Shown here piece by piece: positions 12,706 through 22,332 of a DNA stretch of 64,000 nucleotides. This stretch comes from Chthoniobacterales bacterium (GTDB lineage: Bacteria > Verrucomicrobiota > Verrucomicrobiia > Chthoniobacterales > Chthoniobacteraceae). The translations under genes were made by a program, and so were the position numbers. How positions within the stretch are numbered: position 1 is the first letter of the stretch; every line of letters begins with the position of its first letter. The notes under the pieces are model-generated. The model saw nothing but the letters and a program-made list of their open reading frames with translations. It was not told the DNA's origin and searched no databases. The stretch spans positions 1 through 64,000 of the forward strand of contig JBBQZX010000029.1 of assembly GCA_038207335.1 (NCBI GenBank), in the 5' to 3' direction.

Positions 12706-12802
12706 AGTTAAGCGTTTTTTAGTCGAGAGCTGAGAGAGACGGACTCTCCTTAGCCCCTCCGACCGAGCGCAGCTCGCACCTTCCCTCTCTCAACTCTCAA
12801 CT
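12706..12802. repeat. Heptamer-based imperfect inverted repeat between the cyclase-like gene and recR
   Basis: AGTCGAGAGCTGAGAGAG (12721-12738) pairs with CTCTCTCAACTCTCAACT (12785-12802). Confidence 0.6.
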
Positions 12803-12808
12803 TTCCCA

Positions 12809-13414
12809 ATGCAGCGCGCCGAATATCCCGCCGCCATCAAGAATCTCGTCGCCGAGCTCAAGCGAATGCCCGGCATCGGCCCGCGCAGCGCCGAGCGCAT
12901 CGCGCTCTGGATGATCCAGTCGCGGGACGCCCGTCCGCACGAGATCGCGCGCGTCATCGGCGACGTCACCACGCAGATTCAGCCGTGTGGAAAGTGCGGC
13001 TTCTTCTCCACCGGCGCGCTATGCGACGTGTGCGCGGATTCCGCACGCGACACCGCGCAGCTATGCGTCGTCGAGCAGCCGACCGACATTCTCCCGCTCG
13101 AGCGCACCGGCGCATTCCGCGGCCGCTACCACGCGCTCGGCGGACGCATCTCGCCGCTCGATCACATCGGCCCCGACGAACTCCGCATCGACGCCCTCCT
13201 CGCCCGCATCGCCGCTGAAGCGCCGACGGAAATCATTCTCGCCCTCGGCTCCGACGTGGAAGGCGAAGCGACCGCAAACTATCTCGCCGGGCTGCTCCGC
13301 GAGCTACCCGTCAGCGTCACGCGCCTCGCGCAAGGCATGCCCGCCGGCGGCGGCCTCGACCACGCCGACGAGCTCACCCTCACCCGCGCCCTCTCCGGCC
13401 GGACGCGATTTTAG
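12809..13414 (+). CDS. recR: Recombination mediator RecR
   Basis: [14 protein letters not shown]4 zinc finger, [29 protein letters not shown]. Confidence 0.96.
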   Translation: MQRAEYPAAIKNLVAELKRMPGIGPRSAERIALWMIQSRDARPHEIARVIGDVTTQIQPCGKCGFFSTGALCDVCADSARDTAQLCVVEQPTDILPLERTGAFRGRYHALGGRISPLDHIGPDELRIDALLARIAAEAPTEIILALGSDVEGEATANYLAGLLRELPVSVTRLAQGMPAGGGLDHADELTLTRALSGRTRF

Positions 13415-13941
13415 ACGGCTCGAGGAAGCAATTCGGCATCCGGCTCGGGTTCCCGCGCACTCGAAAACTCCCTCAGCAACTCCCGCAACCGCGCCGCCCC
13501 AAACTCCTTCTTCACCGCCGCGATCGCCGCTCCCGCCAGCACATCACACCGCTCATTCCCTGCGTGCCCCACATGCCCGCGCAGCCACTTCCAAGTCACG
13601 CGATGCCGTCCCGCCTCCGAGTCCAGTGCGCGCCAGAGGTCTTCGTTCTTCACCGGCTTCTTCCCCGAAGTCTTCCACCCGCGCACTTTCCACGACCGCA
13701 CCCATTTCGTGATCCCGTCACGCACATATGTCGAGTCCGTGAAAAACTCCACCTCGCACGGCTCTTTCAGCACCTCCAGCGCGCGGATCGCCGCGAGCAA
13801 TTCCATTCGATTGTTCGTCGTCGCCGGCTCGCCGCCGCTGATTTCTTTTTTCTTTCCGCCACACTCCAGCACCGCCGCCCATCCGCCCGGTCCGGGATTT
13901 CCCTCGCACCCGCCGTCGCTGTGGATCGTGACCGCTTTCAA
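13411..13941 (-). CDS. rnhA: Ribonuclease HI
   Basis: [47 protein letters not shown]. Confidence 0.96.
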   Translation of the reverse strand: MKAVTIHSDGGCEGNPGPGGWAAVLECGGKKKEISGGEPATTNNRMELLAAIRALEVLKEPCEVEFFTDSTYVRDGITKWVRSWKVRGWKTSGKKPVKNEDLWRALDSEAGRHRVTWKWLRGHVGHAGNERCDVLAGAAIAAVKKEFGAARLRELLREFSSAREPEPDAELLPRAV

Positions 13942-13945
13942 AATC

Positions 13946-15106
13946 TCACGCCGCCCGCACCGCGTGCTTTTTATCCAGCCGAAGCACGTCGCCCGACTTC
14001 CACTCCACCGCCGCCTTCGGGTCCGTGATCTTCACTCCGCCGAGCTGCACACTCCCCTGCTCCACGAGCCGCCGCGCATCGCTCCGCGACTTCACGATCT
14101 GAAATCCCTGCGCAAAAGCCGCAACGATCACCGACAACAAATCTCCCTCCAGCCGCACCTCCGGCAGCTCCGCGTTCTCTAGGTCGCGCTTGCTGAAGCG
14201 CGTGTTGAACTCCGCGAGCGCGTGCTCCGCATCCGCCCGCGAGTGGTATCGCTCCACGATCCGAAACCCGAGCTGCTTCTTTGCCTCCATCGGATGAATC
14301 GCCGGCATCCCCTCGCTCAGCAGCAGCAAATAATACCGCGCCATCAGCGTGTCGCTGATGCTCATCAGCTTCCCAAACATCTCCCCCGGCGCTTCGTTCA
14401 CGCCAACATAATTTCCGAGGCTCTTCGACATTTTCTGCACACCATCGAGCCCCTCCAGCAGCGGCAGCAAAAAGACAACCTGCTCCGGCTGCCCCTCCTC
14501 CCGCTGTAGATCGCGCCCGACGAGGATATTGAAAAGCTGATCCGTTCCGCCGAGTTCCACATCCGCCTTCACCATCACCGAGTCCCAGCCCTGCATGATC
14601 GGATATTGAATCTCGTGCAAATGCACTGGCTCGCCACGTTCCACGCGTCCCTTGAAATCCTCGCGCTGGAGCATCTGCTGCAAAGTCACGCGCGCATTCA
14701 GGCGCATGACCTGCTCAAAGGTCATCATCTCGAACCACTCGCCATTGAAGACCGTCTTCGTCCTCTGCGGATCGAGGATTTTATACGCCTGCTGCTGAAA
14801 ACTTTTCGCATTCGTCATCACCTGATCGTGCGAAAGCTGCGGCCTCGCTTTCGCCCTCCCCGACGGATCGCCGACCATCGCCGTGAAGTCGCCGATGATC
14901 AAAATCGCGCGATGCCCGAGGTCTTGAAATTGCCGCAATTTTTGCAGCGCGACAGTGAAGCCGAGATGGATGTCCGGCGAAGTCGGATCGACCCCGAGCT
15001 TGATATTCAGAGGCCTGCCGAGCCGCAGCTTCGCCAGCAGTTCCGCTTCGTTGATAATCTGGGAGGCTCCGCGTTTGAGTGTCTCTAGCTGCGCTTCGGG
15101 CGTCAC
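13946..15106 (-). CDS. tyrS: Tyrosine--tRNA ligase
   Basis: [40 protein letters not shown]-terminal S4 domain. GTG start inferred. Confidence 0.96.
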   Translation of the reverse strand: MTPEAQLETLKRGASQIINEAELLAKLRLGRPLNIKLGVDPTSPDIHLGFTVALQKLRQFQDLGHRAILIIGDFTAMVGDPSGRAKARPQLSHDQVMTNAKSFQQQAYKILDPQRTKTVFNGEWFEMMTFEQVMRLNARVTLQQMLQREDFKGRVERGEPVHLHEIQYPIMQGWDSVMVKADVELGGTDQLFNILVGRDLQREEGQPEQVVFLLPLLEGLDGVQKMSKSLGNYVGVNEAPGEMFGKLMSISDTLMARYYLLLLSEGMPAIHPMEAKKQLGFRIVERYHSRADAEHALAEFNTRFSKRDLENAELPEVRLEGDLLSVIVAAFAQGFQIVKSRSDARRLVEQGSVQLGGVKITDPKAAVEWKSGDVLRLDKKHAVRAA

Positions 15107-15202
15107 GGTGTTCGGTATTTCGGTGTTCGGTTCTGAGTCGTGAAAGGCGCCTTGTCGCGCCTTTCGCGCCGGAATACTGAACAATGAGAGCCGAAAACTG
15201 AA

Positions 15203-15880
15203 CTACTTGTTCTTGTTCAGCAGCTCCCGCACATCCCCCACCGTCTTCAGCTCCCGCAGGCTGCCGAATGTCTCCACCGTCGTCCCCGAATACGAAACCG
15301 TCTGCGCGCTCCGCCAGTCTCCCATCGTCTTTGGATCGACCGCAGTATTCATCTTATCGTGCTCCTTCCCGAGATACTGCCGCCCGCCATCCGACAGCGA
15401 ACGCACCGCGAGCCGGTCATGCGCCTCGCGCGCCTCGCTGGTCGCCGCAGTCTTTGTGTCCGCCGATTTAGTCGCATTGGGAATTTCGTATTTCCCGCGG
15501 GACAGCCCGCTCTTCGTCGCGAATTTTTCCTTCTCCAGTCGTGCCACTTTCGACCCGGAAAAATCGCGCGCATCGAATGGCTTCGTCGTAGTCTGGCGAT
15601 CGGAATAAAACGTCTTCGTCCGCGCCGAATCCGTGTTGATCCCGCGCGCCCCCGCCACCGAGTTACGTCCCGCATCATACGTCTTCGTATAATCCGGCAC
15701 GAGCACCGACGCCCCACGCGCCGAGGCCACGTCGCCATAATCCAGAGCCCTCATCCGCGCCGACTCCGTGACCCGGCTATTCTGCTCCGTCTCCGAAGCG
15801 ACCTTTTTCCCGCCCATCGAAGCGCACCCCGCCAGCGCGCACGCGAGCGCGAGATATCCGAGGGAGAGGGAAAACTTCAC
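15203..15880 (-). CDS. Hypothetical lipoprotein
   Basis: Lipobox ALAGC followed by a K/T/A-rich hydrophilic body. Confidence 0.7.
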   Translation of the reverse strand: MKFSLSLGYLALACALAGCASMGGKKVASETEQNSRVTESARMRALDYGDVASARGASVLVPDYTKTYDAGRNSVAGARGINTDSARTKTFYSDRQTTTKPFDARDFSGSKVARLEKEKFATKSGLSRGKYEIPNATKSADTKTAATSEAREAHDRLAVRSLSDGGRQYLGKEHDKMNTAVDPKTMGDWRSAQTVSYSGTTVETFGSLRELKTVGDVRELLNKNK

Positions 15881-15922
15881 GCGCGAGCAATGCCACGCAC
15901 TCGCCTCACACGCAAGTCGATG

Positions 15923-18013
15923 CTACTGCGCTCCCGCCCGTTTCTCCCCGCGGCCCTTCCCGGCCGCCTTCGCATTCGACGCCGCCTCGGGAGTCGTCTC
16001 CGCCGCATCGGAAACATCACCCGCTACCGCCTTGTTTTTCCCTGCACCTTTAGACTTCTCGGGCCTTCCGGGCGCTTGCTTTTCGGTCGCGTGCGGAGTC
16101 TGCGCGACATCTCCGGCCGGCGCGACGAACCGCTTCAACATCGTCCGCTTCTTCCCCGCCGCATCCGCTGGCACCGCCTCGGCATTTTCCTCGACCGGCT
16201 CGGCGACCTTCGCCGGCTCGACCGCCTTCACCGGCTCCGGCGCAACCGGCGCTGCCTCAACAGCTTGGGGTAGCGGCATTTCAGGCTTCTTGTCGCGAGA
16301 CGCGCGCGGCTTTTCGCGCTCCTCCGCGACCGGCTCGGGATCGACGTTGGCAGGCTTGGCTTCGGGAGTTCCCGGCTGCAGCGGCGCGACTTTCTCCGAC
16401 TGCGGCGCTGGCTTTTCGCGCTTTATTTCAGGCCGCTCCGCCTTTTGTTCCGGCTTCGAAAGCGCTTTCGGTTTCACCGCCGTGGGCTCTGGTGCCGGCG
16501 CGGGTTTTTGCGTCTTCGGCATCTCGCGTTCATCCAGTTTCTGCTGCTTCATCGCCTCTTTCGCCGCCGACTCCTCCGCTGCTTTTTGCGCGGCATCCGC
16601 TTTGCGCTCCGTTTTTGCAGCAGCTTCGTCGTGAGTTTTTTTAAGAGCGGCCGCCTTCCGCTCCGCATCCGCTTTTTCCTGCGCCGCATCGCGCGCCGCC
16701 TGCGCGCTCGCGGCCTCCGTCTTCGCAGCATCGCGCTTCATTTTCACAGCCGCTTCCGCCTCCGCTTGAACCGCAGCCTTCTGCGCCCCGTCGTCTTTGG
16801 GAGTCGCCGTGCCCGCGCCGCTGCGCTGCACCTGTTCAGTTACCCGCGCTTCGTCCGCCAGCTTTACCCGCGCCGCTTTCGGGTCGTTCACGCCGCTCCA
16901 GCCGTGCTCGATTTCCCCGGCCTTCACGCGCTCCTTCACGCGCGCCGGAGCAGTCGCCGCGCGCGCCGCCGAGACGATGACAGGAGCCGCGATGCGCAGC
17001 ACTTTTCCACTCTCGACCGCCGGTCCCACCGCCGACCGGTCCGACACCCGCTCGACGCGCAACTGCTTCACCGGCACTCGGCTGCGTTGGTCGATCACCG
17101 TCAACTCCGGCCCCGCGTTGAAGATCACCTTTTTATTCTCCACCGTCTTGTAGCTGATGTTCGTCACGTTCACCGTGTTGTTCACGATCGTCCCATTCCG
17201 CTCCGGCTCCACCACGCGCCCGACGTAAGTCTGCTCGCCGAAATTCTCCACCGGCACGAACGAGTAACTCGCCGGCCCGATGTCGTAATAGCTGTCCACC
17301 GCAGCCGTGAAGCCCGAGCCCGAGTGCGCATCCGGCGGCAGCGGCGCCCAACCCACGAAACTGTCGCTACGCCGCCACGCGACCCACGCCGGCGCCCATT
17401 CCGACCCCGGCACCCAAACCCAGCCGATACGCTTCACGCGCGTCCAGCGTCCATAATGATACGTGGCCCAGCCGAACTTTTCATTCGACGCCCAAGTCCA
17501 GCCGTAGTCCGTCCACACCCAGCTCCCGTCTGTATAAGGCCGCCAGCCCGTCCGCTGCGCCTCGCGCGGCTGCCACACGTATCCGAAAGGGTCCAGCTCG
17601 ATCCAGTCGCCCGCCGGGTCGAGGGCGTCGTAGAAAAAGTCGAGTTTCTGTGCCGTGCGCGCGTTCGCTGCGGCCTCGGATTTTGCACGCTCCGCCGCGG
17701 CCTTTTCATCCGCGCGCTGCTGATCCAGACGCCGCTCATCCGCCTTCAGCTTTGCCAGCCGCTCCGCATTCGCCGCGCGCTGCGCATCGGTAAGGTCGGC
17801 CTTTTCCAGCTCCAGCGAAGCCTGCTCCGCATCGAGCTGAGCCGTCCGCGCCGCCGCCTCCCGGTCGCTCGCGCGCTGCTCGAGATCGCGCAATTCCACC
17901 ATGCGTTTTTCATCCGCCTCGCGCTGCGCCGCGCCCGTATCGGGAACCGGCGCGCGGTCACAGGCTGCAGTGATGCCGAGTAGTAGCGCGAGAAAGAGAC
18001 GGGAATATTTCAT
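15923..18013 (-). CDS. Lipoprotein with coiled coil, DUF6600-like Trp-rich domain and a long Pro/Ala/Glu/Lys-rich tail
   Basis: LLGITAAC lipobox; FYDALDPAGDW, WRPYTDGSWVWTDYGWTW, FGWATYHYGRW, WVPGSEWAPAWVAWR, VGWAPLPP. Confidence 0.8.
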   Translation of the reverse strand: MKYSRLFLALLLGITAACDRAPVPDTGAAQREADEKRMVELRDLEQRASDREAAARTAQLDAEQASLELEKADLTDAQRAANAERLAKLKADERRLDQQRADEKAAAERAKSEAAANARTAQKLDFFYDALDPAGDWIELDPFGYVWQPREAQRTGWRPYTDGSWVWTDYGWTWASNEKFGWATYHYGRWTRVKRIGWVWVPGSEWAPAWVAWRRSDSFVGWAPLPPDAHSGSGFTAAVDSYYDIGPASYSFVPVENFGEQTYVGRVVEPERNGTIVNNTVNVTNISYKTVENKKVIFNAGPELTVIDQRSRVPVKQLRVERVSDRSAVGPAVESGKVLRIAAPVIVSAARAATAPARVKERVKAGEIEHGWSGVNDPKAARVKLADEARVTEQVQRSGAGTATPKDDGAQKAAVQAEAEAAVKMKRDAAKTEAASAQAARDAAQEKADAERKAAALKKTHDEAAAKTERKADAAQKAAEESAAKEAMKQQKLDEREMPKTQKPAPAPEPTAVKPKALSKPEQKAERPEIKREKPAPQSEKVAPLQPGTPEAKPANVDPEPVAEEREKPRASRDKKPEMPLPQAVEAAPVAPEPVKAVEPAKVAEPVEENAEAVPADAAGKKRTMLKRFVAPAGDVAQTPHATEKQAPGRPEKSKGAGKNKAVAGDVSDAAETTPEAASNAKAAGKGRGEKRAGAQ

Positions 18014-18118
18014 AAAATAAGTGGTGCGTGAGACGGGAGAGCCGCGCCCGCATTCACGCGGCACACCGCGAACATTCAACATTGAACCGCGCGCGGCGAA
18101 CTCCGAACTTGCACCGTA

Positions 18119-19024
18119 ATGGACAAGGACCTCGGCAACATCACCGAACAAATCCTGACCTCCTACAAAACAGGCGGCGGCATCAACAACATCGACGGCT
18201 CCAATCTGCCGTCGAAGCGCGCGCTCGCCGCGATCTGCGAAGACCTGCTCCAGCTCTTGTTTCCCGGCTTTCACGACCTCGAGCCGATCCACTCCAGCGA
18301 CCTCTGGCGCGTCACCGGGCACCGCATTTATTCCATCGCCGATCGGTTGAAAATCGAGGTGTGCAAAAGCCTGCGCCTCCGCGAACCCGGATGCCCGGAG
18401 GCCACCGCCGAAAAAGTCCTCTGCTCCTTTCTGCGCGCAATTCCTGAAGTCCGCGAACTGCTCCGCACTGACGTCGAGGCCGCATTCCAAGGCGACCCGG
18501 CCGCCGCAAATTTCGACGAAGTCATCCTCGCGTATCCCTACGTGGAGGCGATCGCCATCCAGCGCACCGCCCACGTTTTATACGCGCTCGGCCTGCCGCT
18601 CATCCCGCGCATCATGACCGAGTGGGCGCACTCGCGCACCGGCATCGACATTCATCCCGGCGCGGAAATCGGCGCTTACTTTTTTATCGACCACGGCACC
18701 GGCGTCGTCATCGGCGAGACGTCGAAAATCGGAACTCACGTGAAGCTTTACCAAGGCGTCTCGCTCATCGCCCGCTCGCTCGCCGGCGGCCAGGCGCTGC
18801 GCGGCACGCGGCGGCACCCGACGGTGGAAGATCACGTCACCATCTACGCCGGCACCACGATCATCGGCGGCGACACCGTCATCGGCGCCGGCAGCACCAT
18901 CGGCGCGAGCGTCTTCCTCACCCACAGCGTCGCCCCGCGTTCCCTCGTTTTCTTCGAGGAAAAATCCCTTCAAATCCTCGACAAAGACAAGCGCGGCGAA
19001 TTCGCGGGAGACTGGGAAATCTGA
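18119..19024 (+). CDS. cysE: Serine O-acetyltransferase (long type)
   Basis: GDPAA, TGIDIHPGA, FIDHGTGVVIGET, RHPTVEDHVTIYAG hexapeptide region. Confidence 0.92.
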   Translation: MDKDLGNITEQILTSYKTGGGINNIDGSNLPSKRALAAICEDLLQLLFPGFHDLEPIHSSDLWRVTGHRIYSIADRLKIEVCKSLRLREPGCPEATAEKVLCSFLRAIPEVRELLRTDVEAAFQGDPAAANFDEVILAYPYVEAIAIQRTAHVLYALGLPLIPRIMTEWAHSRTGIDIHPGAEIGAYFFIDHGTGVVIGETSKIGTHVKLYQGVSLIARSLAGGQALRGTRRHPTVEDHVTIYAGTTIIGGDTVIGAGSTIGASVFLTHSVAPRSLVFFEEKSLQILDKDKRGEFAGDWEI

Positions 19025-19027
19025 GAG

Positions 19028-19180
19028 TTTAGGAAGTGGGATTTAGGATTTAAAAGGTGGTGCGCCGAGCGTCTTCCTAGCGCCCGGCCCCGACATCGCT
19101 CCCTTCGTTCAACGCCGCACCCGCGTTTCTGCCAATCGCCTCTACCGACCCGTCCGATATCCTAGACCCCACCTCGTAAA
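19028..19180. repeat. About 150-bp intergenic element with 24-bp imperfect terminal inverted repeats
   Basis: 19028-19051 TTTAGGAAGTGGGATTTAGGATTT versus reverse complement of 19157-19180 TTTACGAGGTGGGGTCTAGGATAT (19/24 identical). Confidence 0.55.
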
Positions 19181-20313
19181 TGCCGCCCATCTACCTCGAC
19201 TACAACGCCACGACGCCGCTCGCGCCGGAAGCGATGGACGCGATGTTGCCGTATCTCGAGCGACATTTCGGCAACCCATCGAGCATCCATTCCGCAGGTC
19301 GCGAAGCCCGCGCTGCGATCGACGAGTCGCGCGATCGAATCGCTCGCGTGCTCGGCGCAAAGTCCCACGAAATCATCTTCACCGGCGGAGGAACGGAGTC
19401 CGACAACCTCGCGATCATCGGCCTCGCGCGAAGCCGCGCGACGACCGGGAAACATCTGATTACCAGCGTCGCCGAGCATCACGCGGTCTTGCACGCGTTC
19501 GATTTTTTGGAAAAGCGCGAAGGTTTCGGGGTCACGCGCCTGCCCGTCGATTCGCGGGGTCGCACCGATCTCGATCAACTCGCCGACGCCCTCACCCCGC
19601 GCACAACGCTCGTCTCGATCATGTCGGCAAACAACGAAACCGGCACCGTGCAGCCCGTCCGCGAAGCCGTCGCGCTGTGCCGCGAGCGCGGCGTGCTTTT
19701 CCACTGCGACGCGATCCAGTCATTCGGAAAAGAACCGCTCGCCGCACGCGACTTCGACGCCCTCTCCCTCGCTGCGCACAAATTCTACGGACCAAAAGGC
19801 GCGGGCGTTCTATACCTTGGCTCCGGCATCTCCATCGACTCGCTGCAGCACGGCGGCTCTCACGAAAATCAACGTCGCCCCGGCACCGAAAACGTCGCCG
19901 CAATCGCCGGCATGGCCGCCGCCGCGGAACTTGCGATCCACGACACCGAAAGCGAGAGCGCGCGGCAGGCATCGCTCCGCGATCGGCTCTGGCACGGCAT
20001 CCGCAAGGCATTCCCCGCCGCGATCCTCAATGGCGACACCGAGCATCTGCTCGCGAATACGCTCAACGTCAGCTTCGCCGGACTCGACGGCGAAAGCCTC
20101 CTCATCAACCTCGACCTCGCCGGCATCTGCGCCTCCAGCGGCTCGGCATGCATGGTCGGCTCCATCCTCCCGTCGCACGTTCTGCTCGCGATGGGAGTCG
20201 ATCCCGCGCTCGCCGGCGCGACCGTCCGCTTCTCGATCGGAAAACCGACGACTGCCGAGGAAATCGAAACCGCAATCGCGCTCCTGCCCGAGATTTTCGC
20301 GCGCGGCGAATAG
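19180..20313 (+). CDS. Cysteine desulfurase (IscS/NifS group I)
   Basis: YLDYNATTP, FGNPSSIH, ANNETG, AHKFYGPKG, RPGTEN, SSGSAC. Confidence 0.95.
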   Translation: MPPIYLDYNATTPLAPEAMDAMLPYLERHFGNPSSIHSAGREARAAIDESRDRIARVLGAKSHEIIFTGGGTESDNLAIIGLARSRATTGKHLITSVAEHHAVLHAFDFLEKREGFGVTRLPVDSRGRTDLDQLADALTPRTTLVSIMSANNETGTVQPVREAVALCRERGVLFHCDAIQSFGKEPLAARDFDALSLAAHKFYGPKGAGVLYLGSGISIDSLQHGGSHENQRRPGTENVAAIAGMAAAAELAIHDTESESARQASLRDRLWHGIRKAFPAAILNGDTEHLLANTLNVSFAGLDGESLLINLDLAGICASSGSACMVGSILPSHVLLAMGVDPALAGATVRFSIGKPTTAEEIETAIALLPEIFARGE

Positions 20314-20401
20314 CAGACATTTTCAGAAAAGCGACACCGCAGCGCAAACGTCACAAAACCGGGATTTGATCCCGCGAGTTCCGAGCCGAACTTACGGCGT
20401 C

Positions 20402-20992
20402 ATGCAGCTCGATTTTTTTGGAAAACTTTCGTCCCGGCTCGCCGCCGCATTCGCGCCGCCGCGTCCGGCACGGAAGCCGCAACCGTCCGGCGACGCGAGC
20501 GAGCTCCAAACCCGCGCCCGTTCGCTGCTCAGAAAACTCGACTGCGCCCCGCTTTCCGAAAAAGTCGTGGTCCGCTGGAATGCGCGGATGCGCAGCACCG
20601 CCGGGATGGCTTACTCTACGAAGTCGCTCATCGTCCTGAATCCCCGCCTGCTCGATTTTCCTCCCCCTGAACTCGAGCGCACCCTGCTTCACGAACTCGC
20701 GCACCTGCTCGCCCACCAGCGCGCCGGCCGCCGTCGCATCACTGCACACGGCCCCGAGTGGCGGCAGGCGTGCGCTGAACTCGGCATCCCCGGCGAAAAG
20801 CGCTGCCACGACCTCCCGCTCCCTCGCCGCACCGTGACCCGCGCTCACCGCTACCAATGCCCCGCGTGCGGCGTGGAAGTCCGCCGTGTCCGCCCGATGA
20901 AGCGCAAATCCGCTTGCCTCGCCTGCTGCCGCAAGCATTCACGCGGCCACTACGACGAGCGGTTCCGTTTCTTGAAACTTCCCGGCGCTTAG
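20402..20992 (+). CDS. SprT-like zinc metalloprotease
   Basis: WNARMRSTAG, LLHELAH, HGPEW, C-terminal CPAC and CLAC. Confidence 0.9.
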   Translation: MQLDFFGKLSSRLAAAFAPPRPARKPQPSGDASELQTRARSLLRKLDCAPLSEKVVVRWNARMRSTAGMAYSTKSLIVLNPRLLDFPPPELERTLLHELAHLLAHQRAGRRRITAHGPEWRQACAELGIPGEKRCHDLPLPRRTVTRAHRYQCPACGVEVRRVRPMKRKSACLACCRKHSRGHYDERFRFLKLPGA

Positions 20993-21182
20993 GATTTGGG
21001 GGGTGGCGATTTCTAGCCACGCGGCGCGATTGCTGTCCTGTTTCGTCCGTTTCGCACGGTTTTTTCACAATCGAGAATGAGTGATCTAATCAAAAAAATC
21101 TCATCTGGAATGACCGGGCTTCTAGTGCTGGTGCCCCTTCGCGGTCGATGCGGACCGTGGGAGCGCAACTTTTTTTTGAGCT

Positions 21183-21198
21183 TGGCAAGCTCGCTGCT
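21183..21198 (+). promoter_or_regulatory. Candidate sigma-54 promoter of the urea operon
   Basis: TGGCAAGCTCGCTGCT with GG-N10-GC spacing, about 70 nt upstream of the first ATG of a nitrogen-scavenging operon. Confidence 0.55.
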
Positions 21199-21265
21199 TA
21201 TGCCGCTCGCGCCATCAAGGCACCCAAAACCAAACCAAGAACCAAAACAGAACATCATTATCCAC

Positions 21266-22150
21266 ATGACCAAAAACAGCATCGCAAAGTTCAGCGCGCT
21301 CATGGCCGGCGTCCTCATCATCCCGACCGTGAGTTGGGCAGGCACGATGTCCACGGGCAAAGAATCCAAGCCTGTCGTTGAGCAGGTGAAAGAGTCCTGC
21401 ATTACGGGCGACCTCGGCGTGAACTTCGTCTCCGAGTACATCTCGCGCGGCGTCGTCCTCGAGAACCAAGGTGTGATTGCACAGCCCTACACCGACCTCT
21501 ACTTCAAGCTCTACTCCGGCGACGGCTTCATCAATAAGATCAGCATCAACCTGGGCATCTGGAGTTCAATCCACAGCCACAAGCAGGGCGGCAACACCAC
21601 GGCGCAGAACTGGTATGAGTTCGACTACACGCCCGGCATCTCGCTGACGTTCGCGAAGAACTTCACCGCGACGCTGAGCTACTTCGAGTTCGACAGCCCG
21701 TCCGGCGCATTCGATCCCGCTCGCAGCATCAACCTTAATTTGGCCTACGACGACACGGACTTGCTCGGCGCCTTTGCCTTGCACCCGCACGTCACCGTTC
21801 TTCGCGAAGTCGGCGGCATCGCCGGTCTCGCTGAGCATGGCTGGTATTTTGAAGGTGGCATCGCTCCTTCCGTCCCGCTCGGCAAGTTCGCGACCCTGAC
21901 CTTCCCGGTCACGGCTGGCTTCGGCGACGGGAAGTTCTACGCTGGCGATAACTTCGGCTACGTCTCCGGCGGCGCGAACCTCGCGATTCCGCTCGGCTTC
22001 ATGCCTTCCTGCCTCGGTTCGTGGACGTTCAGCGGCGGCTACACCTACACTTATCTCGCCAGCGACAACCTGCGCACCGCAGCGCTGGCGCAGGCGAATG
22101 GCGAGCGCAACCAGCACGTCTTCCAAGGCGGTCTGGCTGTCTCGTTCTAA
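21266..22150 (+). CDS. Outer-membrane beta-barrel protein (TorF/Gcw_chp-like putative porin)
   Basis: Signal peptide; SEYISRG...Q, EFDY motifs; amphipathic beta-strands; terminal Phe (GGLAVSF). Confidence 0.75.
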   Translation: MTKNSIAKFSALMAGVLIIPTVSWAGTMSTGKESKPVVEQVKESCITGDLGVNFVSEYISRGVVLENQGVIAQPYTDLYFKLYSGDGFINKISINLGIWSSIHSHKQGGNTTAQNWYEFDYTPGISLTFAKNFTATLSYFEFDSPSGAFDPARSINLNLAYDDTDLLGAFALHPHVTVLREVGGIAGLAEHGWYFEGGIAPSVPLGKFATLTFPVTAGFGDGKFYAGDNFGYVSGGANLAIPLGFMPSCLGSWTFSGGYTYTYLASDNLRTAALAQANGERNQHVFQGGLAVSF

Positions 22151-22173
22151 GTAAACTCAAAAGGTCTATGCGG

Positions 22174-22200
22174 CTCCGCCGGACACTTGGTCCGGCGGAG
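22174..22200 (+). other. Perfect 11-bp GC hairpin between the barrel gene and urtA
   Basis: CTCCGCCGGAC-ACTTG-GTCCGGCGGAG; no long U tract. Confidence 0.6.
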
Positions 22201-22332
22201 TTCGCGGGGTCCGGCGCGATCCCGAATGGCTTGTTACTCAGTCCTAGTGGCGCGGCTTCCCTTCCCACACCCGTCGCGCACGTTCTTTCTGTTTGCGTGT
22301 CTCCAAACCACCAATCCAACACCTACTCCTAC

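Noticed and set aside
15106..15203. T-box leader for tyrS
   Set aside because: The spacer is under 100 nt, with no T-box consensus or specifier stem visible.
15881..15896. Sigma-54-like TGGCATTGCTCGCGCG on the minus strand
   Set aside because: It abuts the start codon, so the implied transcription start would fall inside the gene; GG-N10-GC occurs often by chance at this GC content.
18014..18574. N-terminal extension of ORF 15923-18574, and similar extensions of the murA, urtA, secretin, Nif3, SprT and PTS IIA ORFs
   Set aside because: The extensions overlap neighbouring genes or promoter regions; signal peptides and family N-termini indicate the later starts used above.
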